A stretch of 52,374 bases of DNA, from NCBI GenBank assembly GCA_013115145.1, contig JAAPAO010000213.1, positions 1-52,374 of the forward strand, read 5' to 3'. The stretch's first letter is position 1. Each line of letters begins with the position of its first letter. Below are positions 23,378 through 37,200 of this stretch, one piece after another. This DNA is from Perkinsus chesapeaki ATCC PRA-425. Taxonomy: Eukaryota > Protista > Perkinsozoa. A program made the translations under genes and the position numbers. The notes below the pieces were generated by a model. The model saw only the letters and a program-made list of their open reading frames with translations. It searched no databases and had not been told where the DNA came from.

Positions 23378-23620
23378 AGTGAAGCCTCGATCTGCTATCA
23401 TTATCCCAAACATATTGTCAATGTAACCGTTTGATTTCATCCATTTTGTACACTTGATAATGTCTATTGAGCGCCGTTGGGTGGCGGCTTCGTCAACGTT
23501 GTATACATTCCGAGCATTGTGTCACTGGTGGTCGACCCTAGGCTTTGAGTTGAGTATTAAATATAATGTGGTTCTAATGTAGGGTCATTTTTATAGGGGG
23601 TGCGAAGAACACTGCGGAAG

Positions 23621-25976
23621 ATGTCCGACGTTGAGGGTACGACAGCCGTTGTCTCACAGTCGCCTTGGAGTAGTGCCTTTTAGAATTTGCGTACGAGTCC
23701 GATGGAGACTATTATGTAGACGATGACTACGATGTGGATGGGGAGGGGGAGATGGATGATGATGCTGTCGAGCTTGAGAATGCTTATTATGATGCCACTG
23801 GTAGGCAGCAGCCACTGGACCTTTAATAAGGTATCACTGCTCTAGATAATTTCCGATCGAACCCAACTCTGGCATTAGAGCAGTTCAATAAAGTTATCAA
23901 GTTGGAGAGAGAGTCAACGGGTCAGGACTCCATCTCCTGGTGTGCTCGAAAGCGCCCCTTTATGATGTCACTTTTGTAGTTCAGGCGATTCAAAGCACTT
24001 CGGCATGTAGTGGTCCTCCAGTGTCGGCTCGGTTACCCTTCTGAGGTGGTGGAGGCATCCTACAAGCAGCTGTTGTCGTACATGGGAGAGGTGTCGAAGA
24101 ACGAGGCTCAAGAAGCGATAGATTTCGTCATTGACGCGGTAAGACTATTTCTGACAGAAGGTTGCAGGGCATTATCACCTTCAAAGTTACCTCGAGACGT
24201 GTACTTTCCTTAGTTGTCGCCCCCTACGGTTTCAAGTGCAGGGGGGCCTCCCTCACCAGAGGACAGTGCGCTTAGTGATAACCAACTTCAAGCAGTGTAG
24301 ATAACTCCTTCAACGATGTAGCAGTGTAATTGTCATTATAGATACGAGTTAACATTGGAAGCCTTGATGAGCGCAAGGAACGATCGCCTGTGGTTTGCTA
24401 CATCGCTCAAGCTAGCTAAGCTCTATTTGGGTAAGGGTCAGACTGAGCGGATGAAGAAGGTGGGACCGAGGTTCGAACCTGCGCCGTTGTGAAGTTTACT
24501 GGATAGGTGCTGGCGGATTTGCATGCCCATGTTGAGCAGTGTGATTATAACGGCGACGAGGGCGCTAAGAGCGCCAAACTCCTTGATGTAGCAGCACGTT
24601 GGAAATATTTTGTTTCCTGAATCCTGTGGCAGGTGTACTCCTTGGAGCTGCAAGTAGCTGTAGCTGAGCGGGATAATGCCCGAGTCCGCGGGATCTACCC
24701 GAAGACTCTCAGTCTTACCCACACCATCGCTGATCCACGAAATGTGGCGGTGATCAGAGAGAGTGGAGGGAAGCTTTTCATGGCCGAGAGGAGATGGAAT
24801 GATGCCTACAATGAGTTTTTTGAGTCATTCAAGAACTACCAAGAAGCGGGAAATTCCAGAGCCAAAACCATCTTAAAGTGAGAGACCCCCTCGTCTGCCT
24901 GGCAAGCGGGATGCCATAGGCCATACCAGGGCGAGGAGTGGCACTCGATACGTTTAGGTACGTCGTCCTCGCCTCAATGTTGTCACTGTCAGATATCAAT
25001 CCATTTGATTCACGAGAAGCTAAAGTGTAATTTCTGATGATTGTTCCCTCCTATCATAGCTTGGTGGGTAGGTACCAGAATGATCCCGATGTATCAGCTA
25101 TAGTGGAGCTTAGAAGGCTCTATGAGGCGGGGGATGTTAAGGCTTTGAATAGGCTATTACAAAATAATACCAAGTAGGGTCGGCGGTGAAAGCAAGAGTT
25201 TCGCATTTTTCCGTGTAGTATCAGTCGGGATGCCTTCATCACTGAATACGTCTCTGTATTGCTGATTAATGTCCGCCTTAAAGTACTGGAAACGATGGTG
25301 CGGCCTTACCGTCGGGTGAGGCTAAGTTGCCTAGCAGAGGTTAGCAATGCCTTATTCTCCTCTTCCTCCTCCCCGTAGCATTCGTTCAGTCATTATGCAT
25401 GCCCGAAGAGGAGCTAAGATCATTGCTTGTGCGGCTTGTTATCGAAGGCCGAGTTGATGGTGGTAGGATTACTATCGTTGATGATGAAAGCCAGAGCTAC
25501 CTGGAGATGCCTTGCCGGTGAGTTTCGATGGTGTCGTATTGTACCTATCTTTTTATGCACAGGATTCAACGCCAAGCGTCCTTCTCCTCTGCAGCCCATC
25601 ATGAAGCGATAAGCAACTGGCTCAATGCTACTAACAAACTAGCTGAAATGTGTTCGCCGATGGTCGCATCTTTACCCGCACCAGGAAAGGATTGCCCCCC
25701 GGCTGGAGGTCGACAGCAACATCATGCCCATCAATATCAACAACATTATGAAGGAGCTCCACGACGGTATCAAGCTCGCGACAGGCAGCAGCAGCAGCAA
25801 GCGGAGAGGTTTGTAAATTAACACTACATCGAGATGGAGGCTTCTATATTAGGCAGTCTCCTGATAATGGCGTGTGGTCCACGACATCATCTCCCAGTAT
25901 AGATGATGATGGTGATGTTGTTATGAGTGGTGGAGGTGCCCCTCGCCGACGACTGGTTGACGATCCGCAAGTCTGA
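23621..25976 (+). CDS. CSN2: COP9 signalosome complex subunit 2 (multi-exon)
   Basis: Acidic N-terminus ELENAYY, RFKALRHVV, NDRLWFATSLKLAKLY, IRESGGKLFM...AYNEFFESFKNYQEAGN, YVVLASML...INPFDSREAK. The 3' end is either 25821 or 25976. Confidence 0.9.
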
Positions 25977-26315
25977 ACTGCTTAACGTTGTTCTTTTTCT
26001 AATTGTAAACATTGGTAGCGTCTTTTGTGGCTGCTGTTAAGCGATGTGTTACCAACACTGCTGTGGAGTATAGCAAGTACTGGCGTAACGGCGTAATAGG
26101 CTTGGTATATATACTAGATACGTTGAGCAAGATGTAGAAAAATTAACTGACAGGAGCTCGGGATTTTTCAACCAAGCTCAACTTGGCCCTGAAGAACCTT
26201 TCCAACTCTAGATCGTTGCCGTCGACACTTTCAAGGGAGGTTAGTTGAGCTCATTGGAAAGGTCGATCCATTTCACAATTACCCAGTGGGTGTATTTTTG
26301 CTCTTTGTTGGTCCA

Positions 26316-28489
26316 ATGGAGAAGCCAATAGCAGCTGAAGGGTCTCCAAGCACTGCAGCTAGTGCGCCCACAGGAAGTGATGAACCTATTGGCTCTCATA
26401 GGGTCTTCAAGCCCAGAGGAGAGACGCAGTTAGAAAGGCGTCGGAAAGCTCTGAAGGAGCAAAGGGCTCGTATAAGGGAGGAGAGACTGGAGGAGCTGAG
26501 ACAGGTTAGTCAACGGTGTTTATAAGGGAGACAGCACTGTCAGATAGCGCAAGTTACCGAGGCAGACGACAACGAAAAGATCGAAGTGGAGCTCCCATTG
26601 GCAGAGGAGGAAGTTGCCGAGGATCACAGCGGTGAGGATGATGCTGAGATGAATGAAGATCAGAAAGCCGACCGGAAGAATGTTAAACAACGACGGAAAG
26701 TGAAGAGGTTCAGGTTTTGGGCTAACCAACTGATGTGAGCCCCACCACCACCACAGGGGATAGTACATCAATTACAATGATGACTGCTCATTAGGTACCC
26801 GGATTGGCTGGTTGAGGTGCCTGGTGATCTCACCACTCAATGGCTCGTCAAACTGCGACCAGAGGGAAAGCATTGTCTCTTAATAATTCACGCAGGTCAC
26901 GGTCCTGATGCGCGTTAGCGGTGTAGTTCTACCTAGGGTACCTGCCATTTTCTCCACGGTTTGTATACACCAATGGCGACCGCTGATGGATTGCCATTAT
27001 AGCGTTAAATATCGTCATCAATAGGGGACTTGATTCGGACTTTAAGTTTTACCCGAATGCAGTTGGCCAATTTGCTGTACCCTACTACCTCGATTCGACA
27101 TATAATATGAGCCTCCATACACTCCCATTGTCCATCGGGGTCTTCAGGTACAGCTACTCTGCGTAGTAAGAATGGACGGTATTATTGGAGCTACTACGTG
27201 GGACCTGAGTTTGCCGGAATGGGCCTCACTGTTTTGGATGTTGTCTATCCCGATACAACACCTGGTTTCCGTCGAGCAATGTATCATTGACCTCCCTTCG
27301 AAAGAGCTGCGCTTTGAACGTGCTTGCCTCAGATTCGTGATGGATGTGATTATCTGGAACCATAGTGAGCTAACATCAGCTGATGCGGAGTGTCGACAGT
27401 ACTGGTTGAAGTCCAGATTGGAAGATATGAACTCCAAAAGGGCAGACCTCTTTGGAGGGGATTCCTCCATGCTTGCTATGGATGCCAGTGAGGATGACGA
27501 CACTATGCTACCAGACCTAGTCTATGTGCCAGTAAGCTGTATGGGACAATTTACGCCCCTGGTTGTCAGGGTAATGCATCCTGTCTTCTTGCTGTGCTGA
27601 CTGTGTATTCGATTGTGATGTGATCGGGGATAGCGGTACACTATTTGGTTGCTCAATTCAGGCATTCGATGCAACGTGCGAGACAATATCAGAGTTGTAC
27701 AACGGTGAACACGAAGGGATAGACTACCAACCGGATAGCTTCGTATTCATGCACAAGCAGGGCCTCTACTGGCAAGGCCTCACTCCACTGGTACTATCTC
27801 CTTTGCGCAATACGTTATACTAGAGGTCTCAGGTGCTGTGCTATAGAGATAAGCACCTTTCCAGGTTTTATATCGATACTCCAGATGAGGCTGGGTATTC
27901 TGGTGATAAGAAGGACTCTGTCATGCCGGTTGTTCTGCAAGTATGGAAGCCCTCCCGGCGGCCGGTTGCATCCCTTACATCGAGCAACGAGGACAAGGCA
28001 GCAACACAGCAAGAACCACTTTATCTTCGTAGGATATTTGTGCCTATGCTGCATACCTTATTATTACCTGTGCTTTAGGCACATGGGATAAGATTGTCGT
28101 GGCCGAATTGCCTGAGGACGTACGGAGTAGTGTTAAGCCCAAACAGCTTGTGAGGGTGCAAGTGTCAGTAGTGTGTGGCGGACATGCAGTTTGCATGGAA
28201 AAAGGCACCATTAAAGGCCTTAATGCTGCTGAGCTGCGAGGAATACAGTGGAACACCCTCAAGTCTGTGCCAAGTAATAATCATGGAACTATGAAATGGT
28301 GCAATAGTGAAACACAAATTCTGTTGTGGTAGGAGATACGATGAACTAGAAGCCTTCTCGTCAGGTTCTCGCCTCTTCCCGGACTCCTGGTCTCGGATTT
28401 TAAATCAGGAACATCTCCGCCGCCGAGGCGAAAACTTGGTCAGCATTAAAGACATTATTACTGGAGCTTCCAATATGGAGTACTCATAA
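26316..28489 (+). CDS. SNUPN: Snurportin-1 (m3G-cap snRNP import adaptor, multi-exon)
   Basis: IBB-like ERRRKALKEQRARIREERLEELRQ, then FWANQLMYPDWLVEVPGDLTTQWLVKLRPEGK, DVIIWN...AECRQYWLKSRL and YQPDSFVFMHKQGLYWQGLTPLVL. Confidence 0.82.
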
Positions 28490-28819
28490 ACTGTCGTCTG
28501 TATAGTTGAATGCATTCTTATAACGGTGTTTCATTGTTGCAAGACGAATCTTTTGCTAATTGCTAGGCAGTTAATCGAGCCGTTGAGGGCGGGGGCAACT
28601 ACATATTGCGACTCCAGGGTGCGAATCCTTCACCACCACCCTCACAGATTCAATGCCTTATAACCAATGGAGTCCTGTTTGTCTATCGTGGGAAAGCTCT
28701 ACAATGGGAGGGTGAGTTCGCATTAAGGAGAATGGGCAGTACGATGAATGATTTAAACACTAAGAGCGTGACGAGCTCGATGGGATACAGTCAGGGTGAA
28801 GAACGTGGATGGAACATAA

Positions 28820-29466
28820 TTAGTCGCCAACTTTTAGTCTTACTGGTGAACCTCGTGACATCGAATCCAGTGCACCTGCTAGTTTTGACTCCTCTTGAAT
28901 CAACCTCGAAGCACTTCTGGTCGATCCGCGCAAAACCTCGCGACCCCGATTACAACAACAGAGCAACACGTCGGCGTGATGGATAGTAAATTGTTGCGCA
29001 TCGGACATATGTACAACTAAGCCTCATCTTATTATCGCCTTATTATCGAGTTACAGTGTATATCTGAACGGTATACCTTGAGCACGCATGTACAGTGTCC
29101 CGCCGGTGGCGGCGCGTGGAGCATAATGATTGACCGTCCTGTGAATCTCACCGCCTTTTGGCCCAAAAGTTTTGAGCAGAATTGCAGGAATCCGATCATG
29201 AGCTTTCGATTGAGCGTCTCATCACAAGCGAAGGACAGAAGGGGAGGATCTCGAATCAAGGTTCTTGATTGAATGGCAACAAATTGGTGCACGCATGCGC
29301 ATCGACGCGCATCGAGCCGTCGCCGGCGACGGCTGGTACCCGTCGCTGCTACCTCCGCCTGACTCGGGCGGCCAAAGCTGAATCGGTAGGGCGAATCTAA
29401 GCGTGCGTACATATATTTAACAGTCACCTGTACATGTCGCACTAGTGTCAAACTATCATTTATCAT
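28820..29466 (-). CDS. Hypothetical protein (divergent from GH92)
   Basis: ORFs 29032-29508 and 28820-29008 with possible splice sites. No recognisable motif. Confidence 0.25.
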
Positions 29467-29490
29467 CTCCAATAGGTCTTTGGCCTTTTC

Positions 29491-31994
29491 ATGGCATTCT
29501 CTATCCACCAGCTCCTCATTTCACTAACCACGGTCATCGTCGGCGTGATAACTTCCGACGATATCTTCGATAATGTTAACATACTCGCTGGAACCTCTAA
29601 TTCTTACCCGCTCTCTACTGGAGGATCGATGCCTGTTATGTCCAGGCCATTTGGTTTCAATCACTGGTCTGTGCAGACTGAGCCTGATTCAAGCCAAAGC
29701 CGTTACTTCAACCCCGGCTCGAATAGCTTCTACGGTGTTCGATGTACACATCAACCTTCTGTCTGGATAGGCGACTATGGCTACTTCGTGGTAACAGCAT
29801 TGATATCCAGCCAGGGCTTCGATCGTTCGTTTGAAATGATGGACTTCTCCCCCCTCTATACTATCTATAAGCCTTACTACTTCAAGTCGTCCACTCTGGT
29901 CCCCTCCTTCCAGGCTTCGGCTATGGGAGGCGTTACCATAGAGATGACGCCAACTAATCACGCGGCCTACTTTCGCTTCTCTTTTCCCCCAAAGATGAAC
30001 TCACGTGTATTAGTGAGGCTTATGGATGGGCAGGCCGACACACCTGTTACGACTGATGAGGGTACTTTCTCGACGAGGACGCATGTTAACAGTGGTGGTG
30101 TACCGAACAACTTCACTATGTTTATTCATGGTGTAGCGAGCTCGAGCGTAAAGGTTGTGAATCTTGGTGGGTCTATAGCTTTAGATTACGACAACAGAAA
30201 GAGTCCAAAAAGGGAGCTAATCGAGCTCCGTGTTGCGACGTCTTTCATCTCCGAGGCCCAGGCGATGCTAAATCTGGCCAAGGAGCTTCCGGCTGATCGA
30301 TCATTCGATTCGGTTGTGAAGGAGGGGGAAGATGTTTGGCTCAAACGGCTTGGTTATGTAAAGATCGATCACAGCGTGCAATCAGGTAACTTTTTAAGAA
30401 CTTTTTATACCAACTACTATCGAACAATGCTATTCCCTCGACTTCTGACAGAGTATGATGAGACGGGAAGAGCCGTCCACTATAGCCCCTACACCGGGGG
30501 GACGCATCCAGGAGAGTTGACCACAGATAGTGGTTTCTGGGACTCCTACAGGACTGTATACTTGTGGCTAAGTTTAAGTGCTCCAGACATTCTGGATCGT
30601 TTATTAGAGGGGTGGGTTAATGCGTATAAGGAAGCTGGATGGCTGCCGACTTGGGCATCACCTGGCCAGCGAGGGTCCATGGTGGGGACAATGGGAGATG
30701 TGGTAATACCAGAACCCATTTATCAAATGGATCACGTAGAACAGCTTCATTTCTACAGGTCCTAGCGTGGGCTATTGTAGCCAATAAATCGCCGCACTTG
30801 GCCGATGATATGTATGCAGCAATCAGGAAAGATGCTTTTACAGACGGCGATGGTCGATATGGGAGAGACGCCTTGACGGAATATTCTAGAAAAGGGTGAG
30901 CCCGAAGGAGTATAAGAATTAATCTCAATATTTATCGCAACTCCTCATTTAGATACATACCAGTGGGATCTACATCCGAGGTGGTATCGAGGACTCTCAA
31001 CTATGCCTTGGCCGATGATGCGATTGCTCATGCTGCCGAGAAGCTTGGACATTCTTCAGATGCCCACGAGCTGAGCCAGCGGGCACATAAAGCCATTGAG
31101 CAAACGTTCAATGTGGAAACCAAGCTCTTCGAGGCCCGCGACAACGACGGTTTCGTTAAGGGAGTATCTCCGGCTTCTTGGTCGGATGAATATTTCACAG
31201 AAGCGTCAGGATGGCAGTATCGATTCTACGCTCCCTTCGACGTTGATTTCCTCGTCGCCAAGTACGGTGGAAAAGCAGATTTCTGCTCGCATGTGAAGAA
31301 TCATTTTACGGCTCAGGAAGCTCCCATCTTCATTACTGATCGCCGTGGCGTCTTCCACGAAGAAACTGAGCTATCTCTGCTAAGTGAAGGGTTTGGACAG
31401 TACGGTCAGAACAACCAACCTTCACATCACGTGCTGGGTGTTGCATTAGCTGCTGGATGCTTCGAACATGCTGATAAATACATGCGTAAAGTCCTGAGAG
31501 AGCTTTATACTCCTAATGGATGGCCAGGCGATGAAGATAATGGTGAAATGTCTGCTTGGTTCATGTTGAATGCTCTCGGCTTGTATATGATAGACTTTGG
31601 TAAGGACGAGGTATTGCTATTCTCACCAATGGTTAAAGGAGGTTATGAGATATCTCTCCCCGGAGTAGACAAGCCCTTATCTGTCCATAATAATGGATCT
31701 TATGATCACGCTTACGTTTGTCAAGTACGATGGTTCCCGGAGGACGCTCCCGATGGTCAGAATAAATCGCCAGATAGTAGCTTACGCCACAAGCATGCAA
31801 ATGCGGCGCACCTCCCATCCGCTGTGGCCCTGCGAGCGTTCGGCAAGGGCGTACATGGTGATTTGATGGGCAAACCGGGGCCTCCAGTTGATCAGGCCAC
31901 TACCGGCTCTCTTCCCAGCAGACGAGTGCCGCGTTCTGCTCTTACCAATGGCGGTAGGTTGGACTTCATTACTTCTTCTAAGCCTTGTCAATAG
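29491..31994 (+). CDS. Glycoside hydrolase family 92 alpha-mannosidase (secreted)
   Basis: Signal peptide, then RPFGFNHW, THQPSVWIGDYG, DSGFWDSYRT, GWLPTWASPG, FTEASGWQY, FHEE, NNQPSHH and PGDEDNGEMSAW. Introns 30703-30758 and 30896-30952 restore the frame. Confidence 0.92.
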
Positions 31995-32541
31995 CCAGCT
32001 TTTGAGTGTATGCAATCGAATTGTCCGTAACTTGCTATATTTTCGTGAGGGTCGTGACCTGTCTCATCAAGATCGTAAGGAAAGAACGAGGTCACATTAG
32101 CATGCTCAGTTTTGCCACAAGTACTCGTTGTCGTGTGACAGCTAATTCCGTAGGCGTGCTTAGCCTATCTTGTAAGCGCACGTAGCTGGACCTCGCAGGA
32201 TTGTCATGTGGACAGGTTGACCAACGTATCACGGATACTTCCGTGAGAAGTTGCCGTGGATGTCTTTTGTCTATGGCGTGCAAGGGTCAATACTACCCCC
32301 TCGAGCTATTATGTATACGTAGTCGTCATATTGAACACGCTATATTCTCACCTGTTATTACAAAAGTTTCAAATACTACTATTGCATTGAGTTAGTTAGC
32401 AACCTCCAGAACTCGGGGATCGTATGTTTCGGGTTAGAAATTCTAACTTCTGAATTTCAAATTATTCTTGACTTATAATAATAACTGGACCGGATCAGTT
32501 AGACTCCCTAGTAATAATAATAGCTCTGATTCCATTTTGTA

Positions 32542-34013
32542 ATGTTTAACCAGTCGGCAGCAAGAGCTGTTCGAGAGATCCCAGAGGATCGTTTTCCTCA
32601 TCACCGTCGACCCGACGAATTGCTCCTCCGAGGCTACACCGCTCCGGTCTCGTCATCGTGGGGCACATCAGAAAGCAAGCCTAATCTCGCTGAATATATA
32701 ACGGGACCTAGTCAGCGTCGTGTTCCACGGAGCTCTCTGCTTCGGGTTGATACGGTTACTCAAGAAGTTTCTGATCACTTTCCTCAGGTTGGTGAATCTT
32801 CAACACTCAGCTTATTGATACATTAGTCCCTCCGACGTCTCAGGTCTATTGGGTGAATCCATCGATACCGGTAATGACTTGGAATGTTATGACACGAGCA
32901 CGTTTTGATCATATCAAAGAGCATCGAAACAACGCCTTTAGCAAGAATGAGAATCTAGAAGAGTATGCGCGGCGTAGGAGGAGACATTGACAACTTTCTT
33001 CATCAATTTGTATGGGTTCCAGGCATTCTCGGTCCAGCCCTCCATGTTGTGCGAGAGTTCTTTCTCCAATATCCTGCAACAGCGGTCTGCTGCCTACAAG
33101 AGTTCTCAACTGATCGGCGTCTACAGGAAGAATTTGCCAACAGATTACAGGAATCGCTTCCTGAAAGTATTTCACCGCAAGCTTATCACCTTGTTGGTCA
33201 CTGTAGTCACTTTCTCAGGGACGATTCGCTTCGAGTTCGCAGCATTGACTCACTCCCTGGGAAACGTCATTGTATGGGATGAACGTGTTTTCAAAGGAGC
33301 GAGAGTTACTGATCTCCCGTGTGAAAGAACAGCATGTGTAGATCTTTGGCCGCCCATGAGGAGACCGGATCTTGCGCCGACGCGAGTAAGCTAAATCTTT
33401 CATATTTGTTGGGTTAGTTCCATTGCAGATATGTAACTGCCATCTAGTGTGGAGAGCTTCACCAGGAGACCCTCGATACGGAGCCCACCTCGCAGAAATA
33501 GCGAAAGCCATAAGATATTTGTGGAGCCGAGCTCCTCCTGGCTTATGTGTTGTTGTGGGCGATTTCAACGTTGACTTGAAAGATATAGATATGGAATCCC
33601 ATGGTCTCATACATATTGAATCTGGTTCATCAGCATCGCCCGTTAAAGATATTCATCCATCCTCTGAAAGAATGGCGGTGCGAGTTCAACGAATTCCAGG
33701 ATCATCTGTCATTTCCATGATGGACGGGGCTCAGAAGTCTGCTACCAATGACGGCTGTATTTCTGGTCAAACTACTTCAAATCATCAGCCTCTACCGGAC
33801 CCTGGTACCGATCCTACGTACGGGTATCTCAAAGAGTCTGGATTCGAGTTGTACTTTGGTAAATCCCGTGAACAGTTCATCGTGCAGCACGTCGCATTCA
33901 GTATCCAGGATGCAGCAGCCCAGCTCTCTGATGACGAATTAGATATGCTAGGCCGGATGGCTTTTCGAGATCAACCTTCGAAGCTTGAGATGATCGTTGC
34001 GAACCGTCGATAG
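32542..34013 (+). CDS. Endonuclease/exonuclease/phosphatase (EEP, DNase I-like) family protein with permuted motif order; 5' end uncertain
   Basis: Four frame-preserving introns (32792-32826, 32974-33022, 33167-33218, 33386-33428) give SDHFP, VMTWNV, VCCLQEF, GNVIVW, ICNCHL and VVGDFN in that order. Confidence 0.78.
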
Positions 34014-34250
34014 CTGCAGCTCGTCAGGTTTTCAACGGCTGCATTTTCGTATGTTGCTTAAGGACCGTCGTTGTGTCAGCGTGAAATTATTCTATGATCA
34101 CTCCTTTTCTTAGTGCAATAATGGATTGCGTTATCTTTGAGTTCGGCCAAACAAGACCAGATACACAATAAGACCGCGGAAAATACCACACTAAATTACT
34201 TCAAGTAACACCTCGGAACACGACCGAAACCTTTCGATGAAAGAGGACGA

Positions 34251-37200
34251 TTATGCACTCGCATTGAGAAGGCTGTGGAAGCGTGTCATCTCAACGGTAT
34301 ACCGCTCTTTCAGCAGCCGATGCTCATTCATAAGGTCGGACAACGCCACTTCACTTCGTCGGAGCTCTTGTTGGTGGACCGCTATCGTATCAGACAACTT
34401 CACTTTAAGTTGAGCGATCTCACGAAGAAAGGGAAGCGATACTTCTCGTCTGGCGACTGATACCGCCATTTCGAGCTCCTGAGTCATAACCAAACTAACG
34501 GTGAATTAGTCCAATCATTATCTTGTACTTCCTTGTGTGATTGGATCAGCTGCTCTCGACTCTCCCTCTCTCTTGTGGAAATTTCCAGCCTATCCTCTTC
34601 CTGCTGTTCGGATGCCATAACTCTATCGTTAAGCTCCTGTGTACAGTGCATGTGAGAACACTTCACTTCACCGGAACCTTTATTGTGGACTGCAGCTCTT
34701 GTTCAAGACAATCACTCTTCTCCGCCAGTTCTCGAATCTTGCTCTGATACCTATTCGGATGCGAACGCGTCGCCGGATGTAGAAATCACTCATGTTGACT
34801 TTTGCTCGAGTGACGACGTAAGGGCTTTAAGCTTCGCCTTCAATTCTCGCTCTAGTTGGTCTTTCTCGTCAATCAGTTCGAAAATTTTGGCTTCGAATGG
34901 TTTGGCTGAGCACAAGCATCATGTACATGGATATACTCTAACGTTTCCCGACTGATGTCTGCTATCTTATTCTCAAATGTTCTCCGTATCAGGTTAGGAT
35001 CAGGGACGAGCACACCAAGTCCGACCGCTTCAAGAACCTGCTCCAACCTGAACGACTATGTCGGAGCTAGTGCCACGGGCTCGGATCTCACCGCTCTTCC
35101 GCGCTTTTTTGTTTGGCTAATGCCACCTCGGCCCGCTCGCGGAGGTTCTTCAGTTCATGCTCCAGCCTCCCATAGTTGGCATCATACGATCGTCTCTCAG
35201 CATCATGCACCCGTGCCTATCAGGATTTATTCTCCAAACGAATCTCGAGAGCCTTGTCCGACCGTCGTTCTCGCCTGATCACGAGCTGCCTTTCTATGAT
35301 GCGATAACAATCCAAGTAAGCCATCCATCTTCATCACACTCCATTCCTCAGTCATGCGTACTTTCTTCCCTATGTCGTATCGTACGTCTTTAAACTCCTG
35401 TCGCATCTGAGGGCACATCCTACCCAACGTCACTGCCTGACCCTCTACTTCTTGTGCCAGTTTACTCAGGTGCTTCAGCTCTCCGAGTGTCTCTCTTTTG
35501 AATTGATCATTATTTTCCCTCAGTTTTAACAAGTGTTCTTCTGTTAGCGTTAACCTCTTCTGTAGCTTGTTTTCACGACGCTCTAGGCATGCTAGTTTCC
35601 CCTCCCTCTCGTAGTCACGTGCTTCGACTTTACCAAGCTGCTCTCTAAGATTTTGAACCAGCTCGGCTGAGCCGCTGAGTTTAGCCTCGCAGTTAGCTAG
35701 TCGGCTTTCTGCCTTAGCAAGTTTTGCTAGTGCTGCTGTTTCTCGCTCAGCAGTGGCTGATAGAGTCTTTCGCAACTTCCCCAATTGTTCTTGCTCCCTG
35801 CTGGTTCGTTCTTCTAATTCGGCCTTGCATGCCTCCAGGTCCGCCAACCTTATGTTCAACCTCTCATTGTCCTCCTTCAAGTTGAGAGTCTGAGTCTATC
35901 CCTCATCAGGTCATTTCCCGTAGCGTTTAAGCTCACGTATTCCTTAGCTTGATTTAGCTCTCTCTTCATCTCTTTTATCTCATTGTGAGATTCTCCTTGT
36001 GATTTTTCTGCGTCAGCCACCAGTGTACCATAGCGATCAGAGAGCACACGAAGCTCCTCGGAAAGGCGCCGGCTCTTCTCAGTTTCTCGGGAGTGTCTCG
36101 AATGGCCTTCCTTGCAAAGTGCAGCCTAACTTTAGTTAACTCACTCTAGGGCGATTCTTTCAAGCTCTCCTTTTATTTCCATAAGTCGACTTTCTGCCTC
36201 TTGCCGTCTCTGCTTCTCCTCACTCAGTTCTTCACTCAGAGCTGTACGAGCGGACTCGAGGCTCTGAGAACGGCTGCACGGGAGGCCAGCAAGCTATACC
36301 GACCGCAACCAACTCAACTAGGCGGGATTCTTCTTCGATGGTTTCGCGTTCTAATCTGTTCTTATCTAAGTTTACGATGCAATCTGTTGCTCAAAGCTCA
36401 AAGCTTACCAGCGCTTTGTTTAATAGATGCTAGAACACCTGAAGATGATGCCTCGCCATCACCATGCACAAAGTGAGTTGATAGTCGTTCCAATACCGAT
36501 TCTAAAGCGCACAACAGGGTAGTCAAACATTGAACCGTTATGTGAATGATCCGTGCCCCCAGTGTTGAGTGATCGCGGTCTTTCTGTGAGCCTCAGGATT
36601 TTCCTTCGTAAGCTGTCAGCTTCCGCTGTCAGCACGTCACAGCGAACCTATCCGTATTATTCAAATAGGGCAGTTGTGCGTGATGCTCGGGTGATTGCTT
36701 GATATTCGGTAGATTCTTTGATCCACTTTGAGAGCTGCCGCTCTTTCTCTCCGTTCAGAGCATTTGTTATAATTGCCACCACGGACTCCTCGGATATGTA
36801 ACCAACATCTGATCATGCTTTTGCTCAACGCAGAGAGATTGGTGGTCTTATCAACTAGCAAGTCTACCTCGTCTATCGATCTCTTTCAAAGCTTCTTTGA
36901 TTGCCTCTGCGAAGCTTCTCAATCGGCGTTCGTAGGCAGACCGTAATAACTCGAATTCGGCATTATCTCTGACTGTGGTGCCACTTTGATCAGAGGGCAT
37001 GGTAGGTATTATCTCCCCAGGTCCGTGATAAATGCTGTTTTATGCGAGGGTTCGGTCTGATATGGTACGGTTGGCAGGAGTACAGTTCGGCAATGGTCTG
37101 AACTCGATGACAACGCAACTGGTGAACGAAAAAAGAAACCCTATTAACATGATTCTCTTTTGCCAGGGAAGTCGAGTATGGCATGCGTTACGAAGACCAA

